In this document: one piece after another, positions 36,216-47,460 of the stretch
Position numbering within the stretch: the first letter of the stretch is position 1
Layout of the letters: every line of letters begins with the position of its first letter
Assembly: GCA_964252655.1 (NCBI GenBank)
Contig: CAXUNR010000001.1
Location: 151,863-215,862 of the forward strand
DNA length: 64,000 nucleotides
Reading direction: 5' to 3'
From: an uncultured Acidobacteriaceae bacterium
GTDB taxonomy: Bacteria > Acidobacteriota > Terriglobia > Terriglobales > Acidobacteriaceae
Position numbers and translations under genes: made by a program
The notes under the pieces: generated by a model
Database searches by the model: none
Told to the model about the DNA's origin: nothing
The model's input: only the letters and a program-made list of their open reading frames with translations

Positions 36216-37094
36216 ATGGATCAAATCAGCTTTCTCAACGTAGTGATCTATCTAGAGCCAATCGCGTGTCTCTCCGCATTGGCGATGATCTACCGACGAC
36301 GGCTGTGGACTCAATACCGTCCCCTCACTCTATTGCTTGTTGTTCGCTTCGCCTTCTTTTGCGTTGGCACACCTCTGATTACCATGTGTCGGCTTCACCC
36401 CGCCTCGGAACGCTCAATCTACTACGTTTACTTCTATGTTTACTGGTTTTGTTATGCACTTGAGGCCATCCTCGGCTTCTTCGTCATTTCAGGTGTTTTC
36501 AGCTTAGCGATGGCTCCTCTAAAGGGCTTGGAGCGTCTCGGTAGGCTAATGTTCCATTGGGCAGGAGGAATCGCCATTGCTCTGGCTCTCGGAACAGCCT
36601 TTGGGCCACACATTACAGCCAATACATTTTTGGCAAGAGCCGTTACAGAGCTTCAACAGACGCAAAGCATTTTAACCCTTTGCATGCTTCTGTTCGTCTG
36701 TATCGCCATCCGTCCGATGGGCCTCTCGCACCAAAGTAAGATCTTCGGTGTTTGCCTCGGGCTTGGGGTGATCGCCACATCCGACCTGATCGGCTCTGCC
36801 TGGCTTTCCCACATGAAATCGCTCTACTCGGTCTATAACGTCATAGGGGGCATATCGATCCTTCTCGGCATCTGTATCTGGATCGGCTATTTCGCTATTC
36901 CTGAGCCGAAGCGGCGGATGATCGTGCTGCCTACGACTTCGCCCTTCCTGCGTTGGAACCAGATCTCGGCTGCGCTTGGAGATGAGCCAGGCTATGTGGT
37001 TGTAGGGGAGTTTACTCCGGACATGTTCGCTCCGGCCGAGGTCGAGATTATGCGACGCGCTACCGTAAAAATGCGCATTCCGGTCACTAGCTAG
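36216..37094 (+). CDS. Hypothetical polytopic (about 7 TM) membrane protein
   Basis: About 292 aa and strongly hydrophobic, with a soluble C-terminal tail of about 60 aa. I prefer the ATG at 36216 to 36183, because 36183 lies inside the hairpin. Confidence 0.65.
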   Translation: MDQISFLNVVIYLEPIACLSALAMIYRRRLWTQYRPLTLLLVVRFAFFCVGTPLITMCRLHPASERSIYYVYFYVYWFCYALEAILGFFVISGVFSLAMAPLKGLERLGRLMFHWAGGIAIALALGTAFGPHITANTFLARAVTELQQTQSILTLCMLLFVCIAIRPMGLSHQSKIFGVCLGLGVIATSDLIGSAWLSHMKSLYSVYNVIGGISILLGICIWIGYFAIPEPKRRMIVLPTTSPFLRWNQISAALGDEPGYVVVGEFTPDMFAPAEVEIMRRATVKMRIPVTS

Positions 37095-37128
37095 GCTCCG
37101 TAATCATTTTCACGGAATGGACTCGCGA

Positions 37129-38196
37129 CTACTGAGCATCCGTCTTGAAGATCTGTTCAGCGAAGAAATTTTCGACCTTTGCCTGATCTCGGAGCATTTC
37201 GAAGTATGCGCCTTTCAATAGCTGCGAGCGGTTGTCGTGCAGGCCTTGCCTGATTTTCTGCTGAATCTGTGGCTCCGACACGTCGTGTTGTCCGGCAGGA
37301 TCCTTCGAGAGCAGTTGGAAGATGACATACCCGCCGGGCTTCTTGGGGTCCTGTGCATCCGGAAAAGGAATAACATCCGTCACCTGTCCAGGTTTTAGCT
37401 TGGCGACAGCGCCGTAAACGGGAGGCGTCTTCATCAGATCGGGTTCGGCGAGCGTACCCATGTCACCGCCGGAGGCTGAGTTTCTAGGGTCCTCTGAAAA
37501 GTTCATTGCGAGCGAGCCGAAATCTTCGCCGGATTCGACCCGATTGCGAAGCGCCAAAATCTTTTTTCTTGCCTCATCATCTGTGGCCGCTTTGCTTCCC
37601 TGCAGATTTCCGGGCTGCGCCGAGGGTGTGGTGGTCACCAAGATCTGTGCCAGGTGATACATGGGGAATTTGTTATTGAATTCTGTCTTGTGCAGCGCGT
37701 AGTAACTGGCGATGTCCGAGTCCGAGATCGTAATCTTGGAGTTGATCTCTTTATTCAGTAGCTTGTTGATCGTCAGCGTGCGCCGGATGTCGTGCTTGAT
37801 CTGCTCGCTTGACGTGTGGCGTTGTGCAACCAGCTGGTTGAACTGTTCCTCATTGTACGGAGCCTTCATCTCGGCGAACTTTGCGTCGACTTCTTCCGGA
37901 GTAGCCGTTAGATTCATCTTGGCCGCACGCTGCGCGATGATCTCTCCGGGGACGAGCTGGTTGTCCAATAGGCCAAGCTTTTGCGCGTCGGCTTGCTCTG
38001 CGGAGGGCTTTCCATCCTGCTCGGAGTCGCTCAATTGCGCGTCGTATGCCTGGTCGAGCTCCGCACGCGAAATGGGATGACCATTCACGGTCGCGACCAC
38101 GTCGGCCGAGTGGGTTGGGTGACAACCGGTAACGGCCAGCACCGCAGCGGTCAGGGTAAAAACGGCGACGTTCTTCGACACAAGCCTCAACCTCAA
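37129..38196 (-). CDS. SurA/PrsA-like peptidyl-prolyl isomerase lipoprotein
   Basis: Lipobox LAVTGC, a SurA N-terminal-like chaperone region and a parvulin-type rotamase (YHLAQILV...GGDMG). Confidence 0.8.
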   Translation of the reverse strand: MRLRLVSKNVAVFTLTAAVLAVTGCHPTHSADVVATVNGHPISRAELDQAYDAQLSDSEQDGKPSAEQADAQKLGLLDNQLVPGEIIAQRAAKMNLTATPEEVDAKFAEMKAPYNEEQFNQLVAQRHTSSEQIKHDIRRTLTINKLLNKEINSKITISDSDIASYYALHKTEFNNKFPMYHLAQILVTTTPSAQPGNLQGSKAATDDEARKKILALRNRVESGEDFGSLAMNFSEDPRNSASGGDMGTLAEPDLMKTPPVYGAVAKLKPGQVTDVIPFPDAQDPKKPGGYVIFQLLSKDPAGQHDVSEPQIQQKIRQGLHDNRSQLLKGAYFEMLRDQAKVENFFAEQIFKTDAQ

Positions 38197-38247
38197 CCTC
38201 TATTGTCCGTCATTTCCGATTTATGTCCGAATGGGGCTCGGAGCAGG

Positions 38248-39327
38248 TCAGCGCTCTCGAGCATATTTGTGCGAGATGACGAACTGGATGCGCAGATCCA
38301 GATTGGGACCTGTGAACTCTGGCGGCAGCGGGGGAAATTGCCCCTGGCTGCGAATGCTGCTCCACGCGGCATTGTCAATTGCCGGATCGTGGGTGCTGTC
38401 GTCTAGATGCATGTAGCTCAGGCGGCCATCGGGATCGATGCGGAAACGGATCAGCGTGGTGCCTTCCTTATTCAAAGGAGGCTCCGTCTCTTCAGGCAAC
38501 AACGGGATCCAGGCCGCGCGGATTCGAATCAATAAACGGTTTATGTACGGCCCGAAATCTACACCCAGGGTGTCAGAGAGGATTTCCGCCTCGCCGCTGC
38601 CGCCGGTGTGTCCTACGGCCGTGCTGAAACTCCCTGCGCCGTTTGCACCATGGCTCGCTGTAGCTCCGCGCGACAGATCACGCATGTTCTGCGAGGCAGA
38701 AGGAGGGCTCCCGAAGTTGGGCCGCGGCGCATCGGGAATGGCGGACGAGGGTGCCGGGGCTGGACGCGCCGGAACCGGTTTCAGTAGAGGCGTGGGAGGC
38801 GGCTCCACGTGCGCCTGCTGCGGAGGCGATGCGGGCTGCGGCTTCGGTGCCTCGGGCAGGCTACGCGGCGGAGGTAGCGCTTTGGGGGTCTCGGCAGCCC
38901 GATGCATCGCTCGGAGCTGCTCCAGTGTCTTGCGATCGAGCGGACGCGGAGCGGTCTTCTGGGGCAAAGGTTTGGCCGATTTAGGCGTGGTTAACTTCGA
39001 GACATCCTTCGGCAGATCGAGGAAAGTCAGCTCTTTCTCATGTTGGCGAATGGCATCGGCAGGCATCACGATTTTGCCTTGATGAAATAACACTTTTGGT
39101 CCGTATAACAAGAACCAGGCCAGCGCAAGGTAGACGAAAAAAGAGATATAGATCGATTCGCGGAAACGGCCGCGTGCACGCTCATCGTCGATCGCGTCCA
39201 GCATTTGCAGCAGCTCGTGGTGCTCCAGCTCGCCATGGCGCCCGGCACTTACCTTGAGTGGCGCGACCGTAACCTGCTCACGAGGAGGCGTCTGCGACGG
39301 ATTGTCAGGAGTTTCCGTGGAGGGCAT
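38248..39327 (-). CDS. TonB-family energy transducer
   Basis: One TM, a Pro-rich spacer (PKPQPASPPQQAHVEPPPTPLLKPVPARPAPAP) and a TonB C-terminal domain-like end. Confidence 0.75.
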   Translation of the reverse strand: MPSTETPDNPSQTPPREQVTVAPLKVSAGRHGELEHHELLQMLDAIDDERARGRFRESIYISFFVYLALAWFLLYGPKVLFHQGKIVMPADAIRQHEKELTFLDLPKDVSKLTTPKSAKPLPQKTAPRPLDRKTLEQLRAMHRAAETPKALPPPRSLPEAPKPQPASPPQQAHVEPPPTPLLKPVPARPAPAPSSAIPDAPRPNFGSPPSASQNMRDLSRGATASHGANGAGSFSTAVGHTGGSGEAEILSDTLGVDFGPYINRLLIRIRAAWIPLLPEETEPPLNKEGTTLIRFRIDPDGRLSYMHLDDSTHDPAIDNAAWSSIRSQGQFPPLPPEFTGPNLDLRIQFVISHKYARER

Positions 39328-39496
39328 GAGGGCTACTTCGATCAGACGTTCGGAATCGCGGATAAGTTCTCCCGGCTACGCAAGGTTCCTTGCGTGGCAT
39401 GGGCGCCGCCATTGGGGGCTGCATGTCCAGTGTAGTGGAGGCGACCGCGTCTCATGGCGAAAAGACGCGCAGCCCGGCCGCAATTAGACTGAGTCA

Positions 39497-40018
39497 GTGA
39501 ACTCTGGATTTGGAAGTGACCTACGAGCCGTCGTGCTCACCATCAGCGACCGCTGTGCGGCGGGCACGCAGGAAGATCGTTCCGGGCCGGCGGTATCGCG
39601 TATGCTGCAGACCGCGGGCCTGATCCATCTGCGGGCGGCGACCCTGCCTGACGAACTGGGCGAAATTGCGCACGCGCTGCGTCATTATGCAGCCCAGGCA
39701 GACCTGATCGTGACCACGGGGGGCACTGGGCTGACCATCCGCGACGTTACGCCGGAGGCTACGCGCATAGTGTGCGACCGCTTCGTTGAGGGCCTAAGCG
39801 AGCGTATGCGGGCCGAAGGCATTAAGCAGACCCCGTTGGCAGCGCTCAGCCGCGGCATCTGCGGCTGCATCGGGGGGACGTTGGTGCTGAATCTTCCCGG
39901 CAGCCCGGCCGGTGCGGAAACTTCGCTCGCTGCTGTGCTGGAGCTGCTGCCCCACGCCGTCGATCTGCTCCGGGGCCGCGCCATACACCATTCCGCGCTG
40001 CACAGAGAGCCTTCATGA
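39497..40018 (+). CDS. MogA/MoaB-family molybdenum cofactor biosynthesis protein
   Basis: 173 aa. LTISDRCAAG...LIVTTGGTGLTIRDVTPEAT...NLPGSPAG is the MoCF_biosynth signature. GTG start. Confidence 0.85.
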   Translation: MNSGFGSDLRAVVLTISDRCAAGTQEDRSGPAVSRMLQTAGLIHLRAATLPDELGEIAHALRHYAAQADLIVTTGGTGLTIRDVTPEATRIVCDRFVEGLSERMRAEGIKQTPLAALSRGICGCIGGTLVLNLPGSPAGAETSLAAVLELLPHAVDLLRGRAIHHSALHREPS

Positions 40019-40713
40019 GCCTCGGCGCATTTCTGCTCAAGGTTCCCTGGGCGAAGATCGCTGCTCGGCTCGTCAAGGCCAAGTTCTGGCTGATCGCGGT
40101 GCTCAAGCCCTTTGGCGTCTGGGGTCTTCTAGCGCTGTCCACGCTTGACTCGGCGATTCTCCCGCTGCCCTTCCTTGACCCGCTGATTGTCAGCTACGGC
40201 GTCCAGAATCCTGCCCGGGTGATTCTCTACGCTTTCATGGCGGCCGTCGGTTCCGCGATCGGGAGCCTGCTGCCCTACTATCTTGGCCGCGCCGGTGGTG
40301 AGTTGTTCCTGCTCAAGCGCATCAATCGCGATCGGTATGAGCGGCTGCGCGATCGCTTCGAGAAGCAGGAGTTCCTAGCCATCATGCTCCCGGCGATGTG
40401 CCCTCCGCCGATGCCGGTCAAGATTTTCGAGCTGGCCGCGGGAGTCTTTGAGATGCGTCCGCTCTCCTATTTCCTGGCTATCTGCTCCGGCAAGTTCCTG
40501 CGCTTCCTCGTTGAGTCGCTGCTGGTAATTGTCTACGGTCCTGCCATTCTGAACACGGCGCTCCACGTGATGCGCCAGCATATGAACCTGGTGCTGGGCC
40601 TGGTCGCGGCGATCGTCTTCGCCCTCGCCGTCTACATCCTGCGCAAGATCTTCGACCGTCGCCGCGGTATCGTGCTGCCGGTCGAAGAGGCGACGCCGGA
40701 TGACGCGGCGTAG
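40015..40713 (+). CDS. YqaA/DedA-like (VTT/SNARE-associated) membrane protein
   Basis: 232 aa with 4-5 TM helices and LLPYYLGRAGGE. 4-nt overlap with the preceding gene. Confidence 0.7.
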   Translation: MSLGAFLLKVPWAKIAARLVKAKFWLIAVLKPFGVWGLLALSTLDSAILPLPFLDPLIVSYGVQNPARVILYAFMAAVGSAIGSLLPYYLGRAGGELFLLKRINRDRYERLRDRFEKQEFLAIMLPAMCPPPMPVKIFELAAGVFEMRPLSYFLAICSGKFLRFLVESLLVIVYGPAILNTALHVMRQHMNLVLGLVAAIVFALAVYILRKIFDRRRGIVLPVEEATPDDAA

Positions 40714-40880
40714 GCCAAATATGGCGGCGGAAACGCGGACAGGACGGACAAGAACGGATAAAAGACAGTGGATCAGCCGGAGATGGCGGAATTTAACGGT
40801 TGCACCCAGAGCCAACGGAGCGGATCATCGGCTGAGCTTTGGGGTAGCTTCTCGTATCCGTCTGATCGATGTTCTCGGCT

Positions 40881-41945
40881 TTACTTCTGCACCCGCCCAC
40901 CCATCGTCATCTCCACCACTCGTTGCCCTTCCGGCGCGGCCATATCTAAAATCACCGTTGCCCCCAGCGGAGGTGTTCGACCGCTAGTCCGCAGCAGCGC
41001 CGTGTCGTACAGGAATCGTGCGTCCGTAAACGTCACAGCCGTCAGCGGATGGCGCGGGTCATCGTCGACCTCGCCCTGCGACAGCACCGGAAACATCGAC
41101 CAATCCAGGTAGACCTCACCGAGGTAGGTGCGTTTTGCGGCCAGCAGCGCAAGCGTGGTCTCGGGCTTGTAGAACGTGTCCGCCGGGCTAGCCGGTAGTG
41201 CCAACTCGCGATGCGTGTCGATAAGCATGCGTTGATACAGCAACGGCGTCTCCAGCACCACGTGCCAGATAAACGGGTTGGTCGGCTCCGGACTGGCGAA
41301 GATGCGTTGCGTATCCGGTGGTTGGTTTTGCGCTGCAATCTGCATGGCTTTCCCGCGCTCCGTAGAACGCAGTGCGTACAGCGCCGCCACACCCACCAGT
41401 CCGGCAATCGCCCAGCCTCGCCCGGCAAACTTCGGCTTGCGTGCGCCCACCTCCGCGTTGATCAGGCCGAACAGCCACGGAAGCATCAGCGCGCCGGCCA
41501 GCAGCGCCAGCAGCACCGGCTCCACAATGAAGACAAACGACCCCGCATACCATCGCGCGTTCAATGGAAAAAATGGCCGGATGCCGTAGTTGTTGGTCCA
41601 ATCCAGCAGCAGATGGCTCAGCAGCGCCAGCAGGCACCCGCCATACAGCCAACCCCAATTCACAGGCGCCTGCCACTGCGGCCGTTTCCACCAGCGATGC
41701 AGCAGCCAGAAGCCACCCACGATCAGCGCCGCCTCAAGAGGCACTCCCATAAACGTATGGGTAATGCCGCGATGATGTTGGAATCCGGTCACCGGTCCGA
41801 GCACGGACCATGCCGTATCGATGTCCGGAAACTCCGCCGCGATGACCATGGCCGCCGTTGCGTAGGCCGCCTTCCGATTCAGCCCGGCACGCGCCAGCAC
41901 GGCGCCCGTCAGCAGATGCGTCACAGGTTCCATTTCTCTGAGCAT
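40881..41945 (-). CDS. Membrane-bound metal-dependent hydrolase (YdjM/DUF457-like) with a periplasmic extension
   Basis: MEPVTHLLTGAVLARAG...FPDIDT...HRGITH motifs. An alternative start is at 41933. Confidence 0.75.
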   Translation of the reverse strand: MLREMEPVTHLLTGAVLARAGLNRKAAYATAAMVIAAEFPDIDTAWSVLGPVTGFQHHRGITHTFMGVPLEAALIVGGFWLLHRWWKRPQWQAPVNWGWLYGGCLLALLSHLLLDWTNNYGIRPFFPLNARWYAGSFVFIVEPVLLALLAGALMLPWLFGLINAEVGARKPKFAGRGWAIAGLVGVAALYALRSTERGKAMQIAAQNQPPDTQRIFASPEPTNPFIWHVVLETPLLYQRMLIDTHRELALPASPADTFYKPETTLALLAAKRTYLGEVYLDWSMFPVLSQGEVDDDPRHPLTAVTFTDARFLYDTALLRTSGRTPPLGATVILDMAAPEGQRVVEMTMGGRVQK

Positions 41946-42066
41946 ACTTGCGCCGGACTTACTCGTCGCGCACCTTCTTCCAGCAACTGCAGCCGCTTAA
42001 AATCCTGCAAAGATTTTCCTTGCTCTAGACGGGCTGCTGTATGCTCATGTCGAAGAGGGCAGAGAG

Positions 42067-42852
42067 ATGGCAGCTACACGCGCGGTGCTCCTGGAATTGC
42101 TCATCGTGGCCTCGGTGATGACGGTGTACGGCCAGGCCCCTTCCGCAGGAGTGCCCAGAGTAGAAGGTTTGGTCGGAGCGCCGTTGCCACCCGTTTATCG
42201 CGGGGTGGAGGTGCGTATCCCCGGGATCTTCATTACGCCGATCCCAAACGCACCCTTTACCGCGAAGGTGCAGATCGTATCGCAGGAGCAGCTTCCGGAT
42301 GGGTCTGTGCGGACTAGAAAGACCGTCAACCATATTGCGCGGCAGTCTTCTGGCCGCATCTATAACGAGCGCAGGCAACTGGTGCCTCCCACCTATCCGG
42401 ACGAGCCACGGCTGCTATCGGCGCATATCTACGATCCAGGTACTCGCTTGAGTACATATCTGAACCCCCTCACGCACATCGCTCAAGACATCGTGCTGAA
42501 GCAGGCTCCGGTTGCTCCAAGCAACGCTGTACCGCAGCGCATCGTCCCGCAGGACTCGCTGCTGAAAGAGGAGGAGTTGGGGGAGCAGGCCCTGGGGCCA
42601 GTCATGCTGCGCGGCATTCGACGCTCATGCACGGTCTCCGCCGCCATGAGCGGGACGGGCAAAGAGGTCGTCATCGTGGACGAGTATTGGTACTCGCCGG
42701 ACCTCTCCATCTACATGATCATCAAGCACAACGATCCAAGAACGGGAGAGCAGATCGTGGCGGTGTCCAACGTGGAGCGAGGGGAGCCGGACGGAGCGCA
42801 GTTTGCCGTGCCTGCCAGCTATAAGCGTGTGGATGAGACGCCGGTGCGATAA
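42067..42852 (+). CDS. Hypothetical secreted protein
   Basis: 261 aa with a signal peptide (LLELLIVASVMTVYGQA). No family recognised. Confidence 0.6.
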   Translation: MAATRAVLLELLIVASVMTVYGQAPSAGVPRVEGLVGAPLPPVYRGVEVRIPGIFITPIPNAPFTAKVQIVSQEQLPDGSVRTRKTVNHIARQSSGRIYNERRQLVPPTYPDEPRLLSAHIYDPGTRLSTYLNPLTHIAQDIVLKQAPVAPSNAVPQRIVPQDSLLKEEELGEQALGPVMLRGIRRSCTVSAAMSGTGKEVVIVDEYWYSPDLSIYMIIKHNDPRTGEQIVAVSNVERGEPDGAQFAVPASYKRVDETPVR

Positions 42853-42906
42853 GCGAGGGTAGCCGCAGGCTGCACTCCCCGACTGCAGTGATCCCTCCTA
42901 TACTGA

Positions 42907-45075
<2,169 letters not shown>

Positions 45076-45111
45076 TTCGCGAGCACGAGATTCCCGCTTT
45101 GAGGATCTATC

Positions 45112-46338
45112 ATGTCTCTGCATCCTGCACGGCTGTATTCCATGTTATTTCTCTCTGCGTTCGCCGCTGCCGCCCAGGCTCAAGCTCCGGTCAACGTCGG
45201 GACGACTTCCACCAATGTGACCCTGGGCAATCTGACCTTCGGCGCTAATAACGGCAATCCGACCGGCACCGACGACACCCTCATCGGCGTCAACGCCGGT
45301 ACCGCGCTGACCACCGGGCGCGAGATGACCATCCTTGGCTATCTTGCTTGCCCCGCTTTCGACGGCAGCCAGGTCCCGAACGCCGGCGCGGAGAATGGGC
45401 TAACGACCTGCATCGGCTCGCAAGCCGGCCTCAGCATGATCTCGGGTGGAGCCTTTCCCTCGATCGACAATGTCTTCATTGGGCAAAAAGCGGCGCTCGG
45501 CATGAGTGCCGCCTCCGAAGAGACCATCATCGGCGTCCATGCCGGCGCAGGGATCGCCACCGGCGGCGGCGACACCATCATCGGCGCGCACTCCATGGAT
45601 GGACACGTGCCGCTCAACTCGCTGCACAACACGGTTCTCGGCAATTTCTCGTTGAATGCGCCCGGAGACAAGGACCACATCATCGTTATTGGATCGGAAG
45701 CGGCGGGAAATCTCGGAGTGGCCAACCAGGCCATTATCATCGGCTCCACGGCCAACAATCTTACCTCCGCCTCGCAAGCCGTCATCATTGGCGATAACGC
45801 GGGCAACTTCGGCACCAATGTCACCCAAAGCGTCATCATCGGCTCGCAGGCCGGGCTGAACACGCCCTCGGGCGCAACCATCGTCGGGCCGTTTGCTGCG
45901 GCGAATGCCACCAGCGCCGGAACCTTCATTGGCCTTGCGGCCGGCGGCAGCGTCACCTCGGGTAACTACAACACCTGCATCGGCTTCCAGTCCTGCGGCA
46001 ACCTCTCAACCGGCAGCAATAACACCACCATCGGCACCGCTGCCGGCTTTGCACTCACCGGCAACGAGTACCGCACGGTCGCGATCGGCTACGGCGCGAC
46101 CACGACTAATGAAGCTTCGAACGCGATCCAGATCGGCTACGGCTTCAACGGCGTCTCGAACTCGGTCCAATTTAATCAGACCCAGGTAGTGGACGGAAAC
46201 GGCGACCTGCACACCGGCACCAACGCTCCAAGTCCGGGAGATCTGTGCACCCCTGGTGCGATCCGAATTGTACTGCCGTATATCTACGCATGCGTCGGCA
46301 CCAATCAGTGGATGCGCGCCGCGCTTACCGCGTATTAG
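45112..46338 (+). CDS. Secreted repeat protein with about 17 Hep_Hag/YadA-head-like I-G-x-x-A-G repeats and no membrane anchor
   Basis: Signal peptide, then repeats with a period of 14-17 aa (DTLIGVNAGT, ETIIGVHAGA, QAIIIGSTAN, QAVIIGDNAG, QSVIIGSQAG, NTTIGTAAGF and others). The C-terminal 40 aa contain two Cys. Confidence 0.65.
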   Translation: MSLHPARLYSMLFLSAFAAAAQAQAPVNVGTTSTNVTLGNLTFGANNGNPTGTDDTLIGVNAGTALTTGREMTILGYLACPAFDGSQVPNAGAENGLTTCIGSQAGLSMISGGAFPSIDNVFIGQKAALGMSAASEETIIGVHAGAGIATGGGDTIIGAHSMDGHVPLNSLHNTVLGNFSLNAPGDKDHIIVIGSEAAGNLGVANQAIIIGSTANNLTSASQAVIIGDNAGNFGTNVTQSVIIGSQAGLNTPSGATIVGPFAAANATSAGTFIGLAAGGSVTSGNYNTCIGFQSCGNLSTGSNNTTIGTAAGFALTGNEYRTVAIGYGATTTNEASNAIQIGYGFNGVSNSVQFNQTQVVDGNGDLHTGTNAPSPGDLCTPGAIRIVLPYIYACVGTNQWMRAALTAY

Positions 46339-46350
46339 ATATCTAATACG
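46331..46350. repeat. Perfect 20-bp palindrome CGTATTAGAT|ATCTAATACG at a convergent gene junction
   Basis: It overlaps the TAG stop (46336-46338) of the + gene and ends 6 nt before the stop (46356-46358) of the - gene. It is AT-rich in a GC-rich context. Confidence 0.7.
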
Positions 46351-46355
46351 AGCAA

Positions 46356-47423
46356 TCACCGAATCTGCACCAGGTCCTGCGCCGTGGACGACGCAGGCGG
46401 AGCCGCCTCAGGGTGCTGCGGCGCGCGCCAGTGGTCGATATAGCTGACCTGGTGGACGCAACTAATTGTGCAGTTCGGCGCGCAGCCTTTCTCGGTCAGG
46501 AACTCGCGCTCTACATCAGCTGTCTGATACTCGGCCAGCGGCACGCCCGGGTAGCCGCGCTGCTGCGAGCAGTAGTGCACCAGGCCGAGCTCACATATAT
46601 ATAGATAGCGCGATCCCGCACGGCAGCGCCAATCGTTCGGCTTGCCGTTGGCAATCGCCTCTTGAAAGTGATTGAAGCGCGAATAGCTTCGTCGCGTCAG
46701 CTTGCGCACGCGATCCCATACTGCCCGCTCCGCCTCACCCAGCGGCTTCAGCTGCCCGCTGCCGTCGTGGATAATCCCGATAGTGGACGAGAAGCCTAGT
46801 CCCAGCGCCCGTTTGCTGACGGTATAGGCATCCTCCGGGTTGGCCACCCCGCCACCCACAACGGAGTTGATGTTCACGTGGAAGTCCGCATGTTCAGCCA
46901 GCATGCGCAGCTTGGCATCAAGCACCTTCAAGCTCTTCTTCGAGACCGCGTCCGGTATCACGTTGTCGATCGAGATCTGCATGTGATCGAGCCCCGCCTG
47001 GTTCAAGCGCTCGATCCGGTCCGGCATTAACAGATAGCCGTTAGTAATCATGCCGGCGATCGCACCTGTTTTGCGGATGCGCGCAATCAGGCGGTCGAGA
47101 TCCGGATGCAGCAGCGGCTCGCCGCCCGAGATAGTGATCACTGAGGTGCCAAGCCGACCCAGATCGTCGATCCGTCGCTCCATCTCCTCAATCGGCACGG
47201 CGGCCGAGTGGTCGTCATACTCATTACAGTAGGCGCAGGCCAGGTTGCAGCGGCGCATCGGCACGATGTGAGCCATATATGGATGCGAGGTCGACACTAG
47301 TGCCGAGCCGATCGATCCGAGTTCGCGCAGCTTGCGCGTGGCAGCCTTCCAGCGTCGCGCCGGAGTCATGCGGATTCTGGTAATCTGCTGCGCAGCGGAC
47401 GTGTCCGTCTTTCCTTCGGCCAT
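46356..47423 (-). CDS. Radical SAM enzyme with a SPASM/twitch-like C-terminal Cys-rich domain
   Basis: CNLACAYC (CxxxCxxC), GGEPLL, and C-terminal cysteines (CRAGSRYLYICELGLVHYC...CAPNCTISC). Confidence 0.8.
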   Translation of the reverse strand: MAEGKTDTSAAQQITRIRMTPARRWKAATRKLRELGSIGSALVSTSHPYMAHIVPMRRCNLACAYCNEYDDHSAAVPIEEMERRIDDLGRLGTSVITISGGEPLLHPDLDRLIARIRKTGAIAGMITNGYLLMPDRIERLNQAGLDHMQISIDNVIPDAVSKKSLKVLDAKLRMLAEHADFHVNINSVVGGGVANPEDAYTVSKRALGLGFSSTIGIIHDGSGQLKPLGEAERAVWDRVRKLTRRSYSRFNHFQEAIANGKPNDWRCRAGSRYLYICELGLVHYCSQQRGYPGVPLAEYQTADVEREFLTEKGCAPNCTISCVHQVSYIDHWRAPQHPEAAPPASSTAQDLVQIR

Positions 47424-47460
47424 GGTGTCTTCAGTATAAAGCCGGGGACGCGCGCGTGGC

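Noticed and set aside
39328-39496. Possible Moco riboswitch upstream of the mog/moaB-like gene. The region contains small hairpins such as ACGCAAGG-TT-CCTTGCGT.
   Set aside because: I could not identify the conserved Moco-motif core by eye, and the region also serves the divergent tonB-like promoter. A covariance-model scan (Rfam RF01055) would be needed.
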